Part shown: positions 51,801 to 63,777 of the stretch, one piece after another
Layout: every line of letters begins with the position of its first letter
Position numbering within the stretch: position 1 is the first letter of the stretch
From: Octopus sinensis
Taxonomy: Eukaryota
DNA length: 64,000 nt
Reading direction: 5' to 3'
Assembly (NCBI RefSeq): GCF_006345805.1
Contig: NC_043020.1
Coordinates: 27,900,001 to 27,964,000, forward strand
Made by a program: the position numbers and the translations under genes
The notes under the pieces: generated by a model
What the model was told of the DNA's origin: nothing
The model's database searches: none
The model's input: only the letters and a program-made list of their open reading frames with translations

Positions 51801-54800
51801 GCAAATCTTTGCTGAACCCTATTTATTAAGTATATATATATATATATATATACATACATATATGTACATACCTACATATATATATGCATATATACATACA
51901 TATATGTACATACCTACATATATATATGCATATATACATGCATATATACATACATATATGTACATACCAGCATATATATGTATATACACATGCATATATG
52001 GGTACAGGACATCAAAAAAAACATGAACTAAGCTTCATCCTATTGCACCTCACACTTCTATTAGTTATTATTCATTTAATTCTTTTGTCATGTATATGGA
52101 AGTATATCAATTACTAAATAAATAATTTGCAATTGTTTCTTTTTTTTTTCTTAAGTTTTTCATGGACAGATATTATTTCAGATAGTCTAAACAGTATATT
52201 ATAATCTTACTTATTTAAATTTACTAATTTTATTCACTCTATGAATTTTTATGTATTGTAGTTTGTATAGTTTTTAATTCTTGTTTCTATACCATCAACA
52301 GAACCTGACTGTTAAGTAGTTATTAGTTCACATCAGTCTTGTCACTACATATATTTAACTGTCCAACCCATGCCAGCATGGAAAACAGACATTAAATGAT
52401 ATATAAAGGGGACACACACTCACAAAGTGATTCAAGAGTCTCTGCAGCATTAAATCAACTGACACTGAAGTCTCTTGAGCTTCTTAATTTAGGTCTTGTT
52501 GCCTCATTTCTATATACTTCAAATTCCACCTACTCTCTATAGTCTCCGTCTGACTACCCACTGCATTCATTTAACACCTACTACTAAACACCAGTTCACT
52601 CTGTTTACTACCATAGTTGAGATTTCAGGATAGCTGTCATTTATTCTGCTATCTGTCTGAACTGCCTTGGGCAGTTGCTCTAAGTATATGCAGATCAGTG
52701 AACAAGATTGTCATGTTGAATCAGTTCTGAATCAATGAATATTGTCTTCTATTGATAATGACTGTTTTCTTTCGGTGTTCAAAAATAAGTTCATTTTCCA
52801 ATTTTGGTTTTCCTGTTGCTTACGTTTTTTTTTGGGACGTCCTGTACCCCATATATGCATGTGTATATACATATATATGTAGATATGTACATATATGTAT
52901 GTATATGTGCATATATATACATATTATTTATATTATATGATTGAACGCCACACATTCATGTGTGTGTGTGTGTGTGTAGACAATTTGGTAATGGAATTTC
53001 TAAAGAAACTTAACTGTTTTCCATCGTCTGCTGCCATGTCCGAAAGTGTGACCACCTTCCATAGGGGTCTGTTGTCTTCATCTTTCTCTTCCTCTTCATC
53101 GTAATCTATCAGTAGAATCGTAAACATTTCCCCTGCATCAAAGACCTTATGAAACGAGAACATAAAATGAGAGAAAATAAGGGAGAACAATTAAATTCAC
53201 ACAAGAATATAGACATCATCATCATCATTGTTTTAACGTCCACTTTTTCAATGCCTGCATGGGTCAGACTAAGTTGAGACAGATTCTCTATGGCTGGATT
53301 CCCCTTCTTGTTGCCAGCAGATCTAAAAAAACACAACAATGATGATGGTAATATATGGTAGGCTTCTTCTAGTTTCCATCTCTCAAATTTCACTGACAAC
53401 CCATGACTATAGAACACACTCACTGACAATGTCCATACAATGGGATTAAACCCATGACCATGTGATTCTGAAGCAAACTTCTTAACCACGTGACCGTTAC
53501 ACTGAATGTAACAATTTATAAAATTGATGACTTTTAAATTGATGTTATTTATGTGAAGGGTTTAGTGGTTATAATGCCAGTGCAACATAAAAAGCACCCA
53601 TGCCCGGTGCCACATATAAAGCACCCATGCCGGTGCCACATAAAAAGCACCCATTCCAGTGCCACATAAAAAGCTTCCATGCCGGTTCCACATAAAAGGC
53701 ACCCATTCCGGTGCCACATAAAAAGCACTAATGCCGGTGCCATGTACAAAGCACCCATGCTGGTGCCACATAAAAAGCACCCACGTTGGTGCCACGTATA
53801 AAGTACCTATGTAGACACCACATATAAAGCACCGATACCGGTGCCACGTACAAAGCACCCAATACATTCTGTAAAAGAGCTGGCATTGGGAAGGGCATCC
53901 AGCTGTAGAAACCCTAACAGATCAGAAAACTGGAACCTGGACAGCTCTCTGGCTGGTCAAATCCTGTCAAACTGTCCAACTCATGCCAGCATGGAAAACC
54001 GACACTAAATGCTGATGAGGATGAAGAATGGCAAGCACCGAAATATTAGGGCAGAAACACAATTTGTTTTGTTCCTGTTGCTGCTGCGGTGGTTCTCTCT
54101 TTACTCTTTTACTTGTTTCAGTCATTTGACTGCGGCCATGCTGGAGCACCGCCTTTAGTCAAGCAAATCGACCCCGGGACTTATTCTTTTGTAAGCCCAG
54201 TACTTATTCTATCGGTCTCTTTTTGCCGAACCGCTAAGTGACGGGGACGTAAACACACCAGCATCGGTTGTCAAGCAATGCTAGGGGGACAAACAGATAC
54301 ACAAACACACATATATATATACATATACACAACAGGCTTCTTTCAGTTTCCGTCTACCAAATCCACTCACAAGGCATTGGTCAGCCCGGGGCTATAGCAG
54401 AAGACACTTGCCCAAGATGCCACGCAGTGGGACTGAACCCGGAACCATGTGGTTGGTTAGCAAGCTACTTACCACACAGCCACGCCTGTGCCTATTCGTG
54501 TTTTTTTTTGTTTCTCTTTTACTTTCAAAAATTTTTCTACAAATAGTTTAATTTTGATTGTGATAAACAACAAAATAAAACAAAAACTAACAATAAATAA
54601 GGAGAAACTCCCTTGGTGGAGATGAGAGAGTTTTGACCGAAGTTTAGCAGGGAAAAAATACGAAAATATGTCAAGTATTTTGCATAGATTGAATTCTTTA
54701 TTACGCAGGAGATTAGGAATTTGATGGCTTAACTATATTTCTATTCAATATATACATACATACAAACACACACATACATACATGTATAGGCACACACACA

Positions 54801-57800
54801 CACTGGCCCACACACATGCGCACACAAACAAAGAAAAGGGAACGCAGTGTAAATAACGGACAGAGTCAAGACTACTGAAAAGGTTGCAAGATTCAATGAA
54901 AATTTTAGGAAAATAAAAATAAGGAAAATGTGGAAATTTTACCGGTGAGTGTGTTACATTATAAGGCACAAAAAGAAAATGACTCTCCCCAGACACAACA
55001 GAATATTCAAATTTAATTCTGAAAATAATAAAGATTTTAATAAAATAACCATCACAACTAAACTGATGTTTGGAGCATAAATTGATGTGACATTTTGATG
55101 GCAGGTTGTAAATTTAGATCACTTTAACCCTTTTGTTACCATATATCTCTATAGAAATACACTGACTTCCTTTTAATTAATTTTGAAAATTAATTAAGAA
55201 TTTAGCTAAATGACTTTCTCATTATTAAGCTGGTGTTTCAAACAGAAATTATCATGATTATTTGCTGTAACAAACATCAAGGAGAAGCTCATAAAATCAG
55301 TCACCCAAATGGGGACTTCTTTCCCCTCCATTGCAGAATTTGCATACTAAACAGCTTTTCAAACAGGTTTTTAATTATTGCCTCTTTCTCTTTTACTGTG
55401 GAGGCGCGTGGCTTAGTGGTTAGGGTGTCAGCATCAATATCGTAAGATTGTGGTTTCGATTCCTGGACCGGGCGATACGTTGTGTCCTTGAGCAAAACAC
55501 TTCATTTCACGTTGCTCCAGTTCACTCAGCTGGCAAAAATGAGTAACGCTGCGATGGACTGGCGTCCCGTCCAGCTGGGGAGCACATACGCCATAGAAAC
55601 TGGGAAACCGGGCCCATGAGCCTGGCTACGCTTTAAAAGGGCACATTTATTTTCTCTTTTACTAATACTTTTTCAACACTGTATTGTTACATTCAGCAAA
55701 ATTAAATATGCTACAAGTAGACAAACGCATACAAACCAGGACATTTCTTAATGTTACAAGTGCAATGGCTGCCTTTATTGCATGTATGGAAATAACTACT
55801 AATTTTGACAATTCTTTTATATTATACTTTACCATTTATAGTTTACTAGCTGTATCACCAGGCGTTGCTCAGGTTTGTTTCGACCCTTTAGAATTGGAAT
55901 TTTCGAAAAGTAAAAATTTTGCATTATGTAGCTTGTTATTCTCTTTAAGTGAACATTTTTCTGGTTGAAATACACCGAAAAATGGCAACACAGCAGTCAA
56001 AAAATCGTTAAAAATCGGGATTTTCATAGAAAAAAAGCACCTTTTTGATGTAAATAATTTTTGGTGTTAACATGGTCCGATTTGAATTTTATCTTCTACG
56101 GAAGGAAGAGCAAGCCTTCTTCTATCATACTCTCAATTTTGGCCGACTTGCACCACAGGGTCTCAGAGGAGATAGTGTTAGTTGAAGGTTAACCAAACCT
56201 GCCATACACAGACAACTTCAGCTTTATATATAGAAAGAGATTATTTATATACATGGGTGATATTCAGTTTTGTTTATTTACTTCTACACATAACTAAGTT
56301 CTTTATTTATTCCTGATGTTATTGTGATTGGGCAAACAAATCACAATCATATTACATTTTTATCCTCATATTACATGTAAGGTACCTTTTTTTTTTACAA
56401 ATCAGGCCTGGCTGCATGATTAAGAAGCTTGTTTTGTAATCATGTGGTTTTGGGTTCATTCCCACTGCACAGCGCCAAGAATAAGTATCTTCTATGACCC
56501 CAGCCAACCAACCAATGCCATGTTAGTGAATTTGGTAGAGAGAAACTGTGTGGAAGCCCATATGTGCACATGGGTATCTTTGTCCCCATTACCACTGCAT
56601 GACAACTGCTGTTGGTTTGTTTATTTCCCCATAACTTAGTGGGTCATCAAAGGAAATTAATAGAATAGGTACCAGACTTTAAAAATAAGTCCTGGAGATG
56701 ATTATACACACACATATATGATGGGCTTCTTTCAGTTTCTGGCTACCAAATCCTTGCACTCACAAGGCTTTGGTCAGCTCGAGGCTACAGTAGAAGACAC
56801 TTGCCCAAGGTGCCACACAGTGGGATTGAACTGAGAATCATGTGGTTGAGAAGCAAGCTTCTTACCACACTGCCATAAAGAAATAATAATTTAATAAATA
56901 AAACATATGCATACATACATACATATATGTACATACCTACATCTATATGTATATATACGTGCATATATGAGTACAGGACACCACAAATAAACGTAGAACA
57001 CAACGAGAAACGAAAACATAAAATCAAACAAGGAAACGGACTTTTTTTTAACAACGAAAAAACAGAGTACAAGACAAACAATACAAGGAATATTCCCCTT
57101 CTTCAGCTGCCCCTGGTTCGACTCAATGCGTGTATCGAAGGTAAATACATACATATCTTGTATCTTTTACATATTTTCAATAGTACTGCAACCATTCTGG
57201 CGCAGCACAAGTCTGGTATTAATTCTATCGATCACTTTTGCCAAAGTTACAGGGACATAAACAAAGCAACAATGGCTGTTAAGCAGTAGTGGGGGGAGGG
57301 GTCAAACACACCCCGCACACCACATTCACTGGCAAGCTAGGCCAACGAGCGAGGGTAAAGAATACGCACACCACTCGTTTTCGGCGTGACCCTAAACATA
57401 AATGTTAAACAAGAATACGCACAGCCAGTGTTTAGGGTAAGGGTTACGCCGAAAACGGCCAAGGTACTACACAGTGGGTCTGACACCGAAACCGTGTTGT
57501 TACAGAGCAAGCTTCTAAACCACATTACGGAACATATTTTCCATGCTTGTCGGACTGAAGGAAACACCTGAGAGCTGTGTCTCTCGAGGCTGTGTAGCAA
57601 TATTGTTAGTGTCTTTCATCATATAGGGGGGTCAAGTTAAGGGGCAAATAACTGCTTCCGTAGCCAAACGGAAGAAAACCTTGAAGTAACGGGACCTGAG
57701 AGTGAACAACCTCTTCCAACCTGTGGCGTTTGAGACGTTCGGAAGGACTGGTGGACCACTAACAGCGAAGTTTTTATCAACGTTGGCAGCTGGCCTTACC

Positions 57801-58790
57801 GAAGTATAAAGTGATGCCCGTGAGGGGGCTTGGCTTTCCCAAAGCCTTAGTTTCGCCATCACCCGTGGTAATGTTGCGAGCGTGCTGGCTTGCTTCAGTA
57901 TGTCCCGTTAAACTTTGCGCTGTGTGACCTGTTACTGTGATGTAAACCAAAGAATTTCCCACAAATGCTTTCAATACAGTTTTAACAGAAAGATTTGGAA
58001 GCATTAGATGAGAGTTCTCCGGTAATTTTGTTTCATGTAAATAAATGTGGTACTACTAGTACCAAACAATAAATGTTTGGTGCTACTAGCGAACAGTGAC
58101 CTCGATGCGCGCACGTTAATTTTATGTTAATTTTTAAATTTATCAGCAAATCTTATAAAATGACAACGTTCTAAAAGATGTATGTATTTATATGTTATAA
58201 ATGAAAATAAACAAATATTTTAAAATTAAAAAACATGAAATAAGTACGAGTTGAGTACCGGGGTCGATGTAATCAACTTACCCCACCTTCCCCGAAATTG
58301 CTGGCCTCGTGCCAAATTTTGAAACCAAAATGGGTTCAGAATAGAACGGAACCAATGTATCAAGGGAATAGAATTTGAAATTTTGAAGAAAAACAAAAAA
58401 AACGGTTGAATTTTGGGGATGTCTTTTTGTTTTGGGTGGAGGCGTCGGACAAAAATGGTTGAAGAAAGACTTCTGTAACGAAAGTGAAAACTGCTTTTGC
58501 GTCGTATACACCGGGATCGTATCGTTAGGATGTAAAGCGAATGTTATCGTTTTTTAAGTCTTGATATAAAACCAAAATAAAATGTAAGAAACACGAAAGG
58601 AAATCCTGCGGAAACCTGGACATGACACAAGCACCTGCAGGAAAACCAAATATTCTAAGAATCTTACCTGTCCACGAAGTTTGTTGAATAATGATTCCCA
58701 AAACCTTTTGGGAACGGTCTGCAATTGGGGTCCATGGAGTCGCTTAAAAGAATCAAAGTCAATATTATCACTGCTAATTAATTTGGACAT
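32853..58790 (-). CDS. TTLL12: Tubulin tyrosine ligase-like 12, 14 coding exons, 1845 nt / 614 aa
   Basis: Hand-spliced; all introns GT-AG with compatible phases and no internal stop. Diagnostic peptides [92 protein letters not shown]. Confidence 0.95.
33228..33418. mobile_element. piggyBac-type MITE
   Basis: TTAA|CCCCTTGCAGATGG..CCATCTGCAAGGGG|TTAA. Confidence 0.8.
34795..34933 (-). CDS. TTLL12: TTLL12 exon 13
   Basis: CAG|[22 protein letters not shown]|GTGAGT. Confidence 0.95.
36238..36431. repeat. 92-bp near-perfect inverted repeat with 10-nt spacer
   Basis: Arms 36238-36329 and 36340-36431 (TGACGTATATTTGCCATTTAAATATGGC..). Confidence 0.9.
36559..36611 (+). ncRNA. Type I hammerhead candidate downstream of the fold-back
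   Basis: GTGC-CTGAAGA-AT-ATGTTTGAG tttt CTCAAcACAT-GAAA-CT att AGT-A/GCAC. Two extra nt precede stem II. Confidence 0.55.
37419..37487 (-). CDS. TTLL12: TTLL12 exon 12
   Basis: CAG|[23 protein letters not shown]|GTAAGT. Confidence 0.93.
38736..38817 (-). CDS. TTLL12: TTLL12 exon 11
   Basis: CAG|[27 protein letters not shown]|GTGAGT. Confidence 0.95.
39721..39943. mobile_element. piggyBac-type MITE (second family), single copy
   Basis: TTAA|CCCTTTCGTTACCA..TGGTAACAAAAAGGT|TTAA. Confidence 0.75.
39987..40138 (-). CDS. TTLL12: TTLL12 exon 10
   Basis: CAG|[25 protein letters not shown]|GTAAGT. Confidence 0.95.
42311..42422 (-). CDS. TTLL12: TTLL12 exon 9
   Basis: CAG|[20 protein letters not shown]|GTGAGC. 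Confidence 0.95.
43528..43731 (-). CDS. TTLL12: TTLL12 exon 8
   Basis: TAG|[25 protein letters not shown]|GTATAA. Confidence 0.95.
44812..44999 (-). CDS. TTLL12: TTLL12 exon 7
   Basis: TAG|ECRSK..LKVYMD..LTDPRF..ADILF..NF|GTAAGT. Confidence 0.92.
45575..45708 (-). CDS. TTLL12: TTLL12 exon 6
   Basis: CAG|EVSRNY..DAYFY|GTAAGT. Confidence 0.9.
46740..46899 (-). CDS. TTLL12: TTLL12 exon 5
   Basis: TAG|[22 protein letters not shown]|GTAATT, phase 1. Confidence 0.95.
47811..47847 (-). CDS. TTLL12: TTLL12 exon 4 (37 nt)
   Basis: CAG|[12 protein letters not shown]|GTAATT. Confidence 0.85.
48021..48875 (+). mobile_element. Family C retroposon with (GAT)n tail, carrying ~10 tandem 67-bp units
   Basis: Units start at 48021, 48088, 48155 and so on to ~48624. 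Body GGAAGGGCATCCAGCTGTAGAAAC and tail GGACGTTAAACGATGATGATG shared with many copies, e.g. 33535, 38405, 43165, 47035. Confidence 0.8.
48979..49966. repeat. Four tandem piggyBac-type MITE copies, 252-bp period
   Basis: Units at ~48981, 49233, 49485, 49737, each MITE plus spacer GAATTGTTTCTCTATTATATATT; final GGG|TTAA at 49966. Confidence 0.88.
50426..50590 (-). CDS. TTLL12: TTLL12 exon 3
   Basis: CAG|[13 protein letters not shown], donor CT|GTAAGT. Confidence 0.92.
51620..51829. repeat. TA-flanked fold-back insertion with perfect 42-bp arms
   Basis: Arms 51716-51757 and 51788-51829, 30-nt spacer, (TA)n both sides. Confidence 0.85.
53015..53145 (-). CDS. TTLL12: TTLL12 exon 2
   Basis: AAG|[12 protein letters not shown], donor CA|GTTAAG, phase 2. 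Confidence 0.88.
55846..56234 (-). mobile_element. Non-autonomous Helitron, second copy
   Basis: Minus strand TCTATATATAAAGC..CCTGAGCAACGCCTGG..CTAG|T; homologous to 20129-20520. Confidence 0.8.
57642..57911 (+). mobile_element. Degenerate C-terminal restriction-like endonuclease of an R2-superfamily (CRE-like) LINE
   Basis: Frame reads [54 protein letters not shown], matching the FxPxAxETxG..AxxRGNAA pattern; two in-frame stops. Confidence 0.65.
58668..58790 (-). CDS. TTLL12: TTLL12 exon 1 (ATG)
   Basis: [11 protein letters not shown], donor CAG|GTAAG, phase 0. Confidence 0.85.
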
Positions 58791-58810
58791 CTCCGTCGTT
58801 TTCTTGCCAA

Positions 58811-58905
58811 CACGTGCGCGGAGAGTAATGTTCCATTAAGATGTGTACACTAAAAATGTGACGTCACGAGTTTGTATGTTCCACGTCATGGCAATTATGA
58901 CGTGG
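58811..58905. promoter_or_regulatory. Candidate TTLL12 proximal promoter: E-box, CRE and inverted TGACGTGG pair
   Basis: CACGTG 58811-58816; GTGACGTCAC 58858-58867; CCACGTCAT 58881-58889 and ATGACGTGG 58897-58905. All within 115 bp upstream of the ATG in a CpG-rich patch. Confidence 0.5.
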
Positions 58906-59032
58906 TAAATTTTGGTAAGGTTTTGGGGTTCTTTGAAATGCGTTCGGCTGGACTTCGATATAACTCGACAAAACCAAAATTTACCGTTTTTTTTCTTTCG
59001 TATTTCTATTTCTTGGATCTTTTCGGTTTGAC

Positions 59033-59422
59033 CGGCAGTTTTTTTTTAATAATTTCCACGTAACTAAACACTTTTGAACTTCGTATACTGGTAGAATGTG
59101 TTTATAAAACATCTTTTTCTCTTGGCTTTATTGAGAAAATTCTATAGTTTGTAAGATATTTGTTGTTTTTTTCTTCAGTTTCTGCAATTTCAACCAATCA
59201 ATGACGTCTATTGAGGTAAAAAAAAAAAAAAACATTCTGTGCCGTATGAATATGTCACTCGTTTAAGAAACAGATTGGGTTTATTTACATTTGTGAAGAA
59301 AAAAGATACCCTTCCGCCCACCCCTAACTATAACCCTAAAACTGATTGAAATGCAATAGATCGATACTAGGGTCATAATTATGGGTGACAATTTCATATG
59401 ACACCACTAGAAAAAACTGCCG
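59033..59422. mobile_element. MITE-like element with 12-bp inverted ends
   Basis: CGGCAGTTTTTT (59033) and AAAAAACTGCCG (59422); class not assignable. Confidence 0.4.
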
Positions 59423-59649
59423 TGTTGCAGACGTCAGGCAAGAATAATTGCCTGCCAAGTCGTTTTAACAGATTGCATTCTTAAACCGATAAGTAATTTA
59501 CAATGAAAGACAAGAAGCAGCGTCTAGATTAATTCTTTGCGTTTAATCCAGTCCCAGTTTTTAAAGATTTGATATCCACCTATTTTCCCTTATTTTCTTT
59601 CATCTTCCTGACTCTGCGTGTATTTTTAACGTAACAGGTACTCTTTTAC

Positions 59650-62600
59650 ACTTTTACTTGTTTCAGTCATTTGACTGCGGCCATGCTGGAGCACCACATT
59701 TTTAGTCGCTCAAATCGACCCCAGGACTTATTCTTTTTGTAAGCCCAGTACTTATTCTATCGGTCTCTTTTTGCCGAACCGCTAAGTTACGGGGACGTAA
59801 ACAAACCAGCATCGGTTGTCAAGCGATGTTGAGGGGGACAAACACAAACATACACACACACACATATATATATGTTGGGGGGAACAAACACAAACATATA
59901 CACACACACACACACACACATATATATATGTGTGTGTGTATATGTTTGTGTTTGTCCCCCCAACATCGCTTGACAACCGATGTTACAAAGAATAAGTCTT
60001 GGGTCGATTTGAAGCCCATCGTATGTATATATATATATATATATATATACATATACATACGTCGGGCTTCTTTCAGTTTCCGTCTACCAAATCCACTCAC
60101 AAGGCTTTGGTCGGCCCGAGGCTATAGTAGAAGACACATGCCCAAGGTGCCACGCAGTGGGACTGAAGCCGGAACCATGTGGTTGGTAAGCACACTCCTA
60201 CGCCTATACTTGTAATGTAGTGTATACTTGCAATGAATGAACAACTTCGTATGGTTTGTGCGGTGATAAAAGAAACCACGTTCAACTGTCGTTGAATTAT
60301 TATATGCAGCCTTCCACAAATCCATCTGTCACTCTCCCAACCACATGGTTCCCACTGTGTGGCACCTTCGACAAGTTTCTTCTACTATAGCCTCGGGCCG
60401 ACCAAAGCCTTGTGATTGGATAGGGTAGACGGAAACTGAAAGAAGCCCATCGTATATATGTATATGTATAAATATATATATGTGTGTGTGCGCGTGTGTG
60501 TCTGTGTTTACTCTCCCCCACCATCGCTTGACAACCGATGTTGGTGTGTTTACATCTCTGTAATATAGCAGTTCGACAAACGAGACCGACAGAATAAGTC
60601 CTGGGATCGATTTCTTCGACTAAAATGCGGTGCTCTAGCATGGCCGCAGTCAAATGACTGAAACACGTAAAGGAATAAGATATCTGTTTATTTAGAATAA
60701 ACAAAAACGCTGAGAGCGCACACATGCGTGGGCGTGTGTGTGTGTGTGTGAACATTCCCACACCTTTAATATAATTCAGTAGTCTGATTTCACAGGTTTC
60801 ATGTAGCTATATTCAGGGTTATTCAATCCAAATTCGAATAACAGATGACGAATCTGCCATTTCAACTGGCGAGAGTGTCATATGCGATTTCATGATAACA
60901 CGAAATTTACACGATCAAGAAGCAGTGGTAAACGAAATATATAAAAGTCACAGGAGTGGCTGTGTGGTAAGTAGCGTGCTAACCAACCACATGGTTCCGG
61001 GTTCAGTCCCACTGCGTAGCATCTTGGGCAAGTGTCTTCTGCTATAGCCCCGGGCCGACCAATGCCTTGTGAGTGGATTTGGTAGACGGAAACTGAAAGA
61101 AGCCTGTCGTATATATATATATATGTGTGTGTTTGTGTGTCTGTGTTTGTCCCCTTAGCATTGCTTGACAACTGATGCTGGTGTGTTTACGTCCCCGTCA
61201 CTTAGCGGTTTGGCAAAAGAGACTGATAGAATAAGTACTGGGCTTACAAAGAATAAGTCCTGGGGTCGATTTGCTCGATTAAAGGCGGTGCTCCAGCATG
61301 GCCGCAGTCAAATGATTGAAACAAGTAAAAGAGTAAAGAGTATGTATGAATATGTATTTACAGGGTGCGGTGAACAAACTGTTGTCTAAATTACGCAAAA
61401 AAGAAAATAACTCTGACATCTCATTTTAACAGATATATTTACCAGAATTACAGAGAAATTTCTTGAAATACTAAAGAGTAAATTGATTCAATAAAATTGC
61501 CCTTGGCTTCAACCACAGCCTCCAGACAACTTTGGAATTTGCTGCAGCTCTTCTGGACCGTCTCCTTGTGTAAGTTGGTGAATGCTGCCACAATCCTTGC
61601 CTTCAGTTCATCTTTGGTGTTGCAAGGAGTTTTGCTGGTCTCTTGCTCAACTGCGCCCCATACATAGTAATCAAGGGGGCTGAAGTGTGGTAGCCAAATG
61701 TTAGTGGTGATTTGGTCGCAGAAATTGCCAGAGGGCCATGACTGGGTTCTCCTGCTTGTGTGGCATGGTGCAGCGTCCTGTTGCCAGACGTAGGGTCTTC
61801 CAGCAGCCACCCTCTTGACCCCGAGCAGCACTACATCCTCCAGGCACTTGATGTTGAGTCTGAGGCCATGTGGGAAGATGAATGGAAGCATATACAGTAC
61901 AGTACTGTTTCTACTTCATGGATTTCTTTCTCTTTTTACTTGTTTCAGTCATTTGACTGCGGCCATGCTGGAGCACTGCCTTTAGTCGAGCAACTCGACC
62001 CCAGGACTTATTCTTTGTGAGCTCAGTACTTATTCTATCAGTCTCTTTTGCTGAACCGCTAAGTAACGGCAACATAAACACACCAGCATCGGTTGTCAAG
62101 CAATGCTAAGGGGACAAACACAGACACACAAACATACACGCATATATATATATACATATATACGACGGGCTTCTTTCAGTTTCCGTCTACCAAATCCACT
62201 CACAAGGCTTTGGTCGGCCTGAGGCTATAACAGAAGACACTTGCCCAAGGTGCCATACAGTGGGACTGAACCCAGAACCATGTGCTTGGTAAACAACCTA
62301 CCACACAGCGACTCCTACACCTATGTTCACATTTCACAGGGTTTTTTGGAAGTAACCCCCACGATAGTTCAGGGATTACTGTAAACACACCAACACCAGT
62401 TGTTAAGCAGGGGTGGAGGACAAAAACAAACACACACACATATACACAACAAGCTTCTTTTAGTTTCCATCTACCAAGTTCACACACAAGGCTTTGGTTA
62501 GCCCAAGGTTATAGTAGAAGATACTTGTCCAAGGTGCCACACGGTGGGACTGAACTGGGAACCGTGTGGTTCAGAATCAAACTTCTTACCACACAGCCAT
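59650..62600. mobile_element. Cluster of about five family B SINEs in alternating orientation
   Basis: Copies at ~59650-60190 (-), 60330-60670 (+), 60953-61335 (+), 61930-62320 (-), 62440-62600 (-). Confidence 0.75.
61361..61895 (-). mobile_element. Tc1/mariner transposon 3' half (transposase C-terminus + TIR)
   Basis: YVWQQDAAPCHTS, FSPLDYYVWGAVE, ELKARI, CSKFQSCLEAVVEAKG; TA|CAGGGTG terminus at 61359-61367. Confidence 0.85.
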
Positions 62601-63045
62601 GCTCATACTTTAAGCAACAAAAATGAAAAAAAAAAATCAAAACAGTAAGAAAAGGGTCCAAATAGAACTGGAATACAAGAGGGGAAGAACAGAAAGGGTC
62701 TGGAGGGGGAAACAAGGGTTAAATAAGAGAAAAGAAAAAAGAAAATATTAAACGATGTCAAAACAGAAAAATAAATAAATAAAGAATAAAAGTGGACTAA
62801 ATTTCCGGATGTGGCAAACCAGTAGAATCAGTGGCAGAACAACAAAATACTTTGCAACATTTCTTCCAGCTCTTTATGTTCTGGGTTCAAATCTCACTGA
62901 GATCAACTTTGCCTTTCATCTCTTGGGGTTGGTAAAATAAAGTACCAGCCAAATACAACTGATTTATTCACCATCATCATCATCATCTTCATCATTTAAA
63001 GCTTGTTTTCCATGAAGGCATGGGTGGGATGGTATAACAGAAGTC

Positions 63046-63280
63046 ACGGCGGCGAGCTGGCAGAAACGTTAGCACGCCGGGCGAAATGCTTTGCGGTATT
63101 TCGTCTGCGTTACGTTGTGAGTTCAAATTCCGCCGAGGTCAACTTTGCCTTTCATCCTTTTGGGGTCGATAAATTAAGTACCAGTTACGCACTGGGGTCA
63201 ATGTAATCGACTTAATACCTATGTCTGTCCTTGTTTGTCCCCTCTGTGTTTAGCCCCTTGTGGGTAATAAAGAAATAGGT
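63046..63280 (+). mobile_element. Complete single-unit family A SINE
   Basis: GGCGGCGAGCTGGCAGAAACG..GAGTTCAAATTCCGCCG..GTAATAAAGAAATAGGT. Confidence 0.85.
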
Positions 63281-63743
63281 ATAACAGGAGTTGGAATGGT
63301 CGGGCACCACACCTGGTTCCATAGGCTGTTTTGGTCTGGTTTCTACAGCTGGATGTGCTCCCTAATGCTGGACCTGCTCTCAAAACTGCTGGTCTAGAAC
63401 CCTGCAACAGTAACGGTGACTCTTTCAGGGGAGTGTTGCGATCGGTCACTTATATGCCAACGAAACACAGTAACCATTTTTATGAGTCCCAGGTCCCAAT
63501 AAAAGAAAAGGAATTTCCTGCTGGTAAGAGTTTACAAAAAAAGGAGAAAAAAACCCCTGAATAACAAAAATTTATAATGTCATTGAAAACAGCAAGAAAA
63601 GTTCTCAAAGACTTCAAGAATTCAAGTCCTAGAGAGAAGGTAAAAAGAGAAAAAGAGGTGAGTGAAGGAAGACAAAATAGGAGCAAATTTTTTTTATTCA
63701 AATTCAGTGTTTTTTAAAAAAATTCATTTACATATTATAATTC

Positions 63744-63777
<34 letters not shown>

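Noticed and set aside
57095-57112. CTGAAGA followed by palindrome GGAATATTCC on minus
   Set aside because: No downstream GAAA or stem I partner; not a complete hammerhead.
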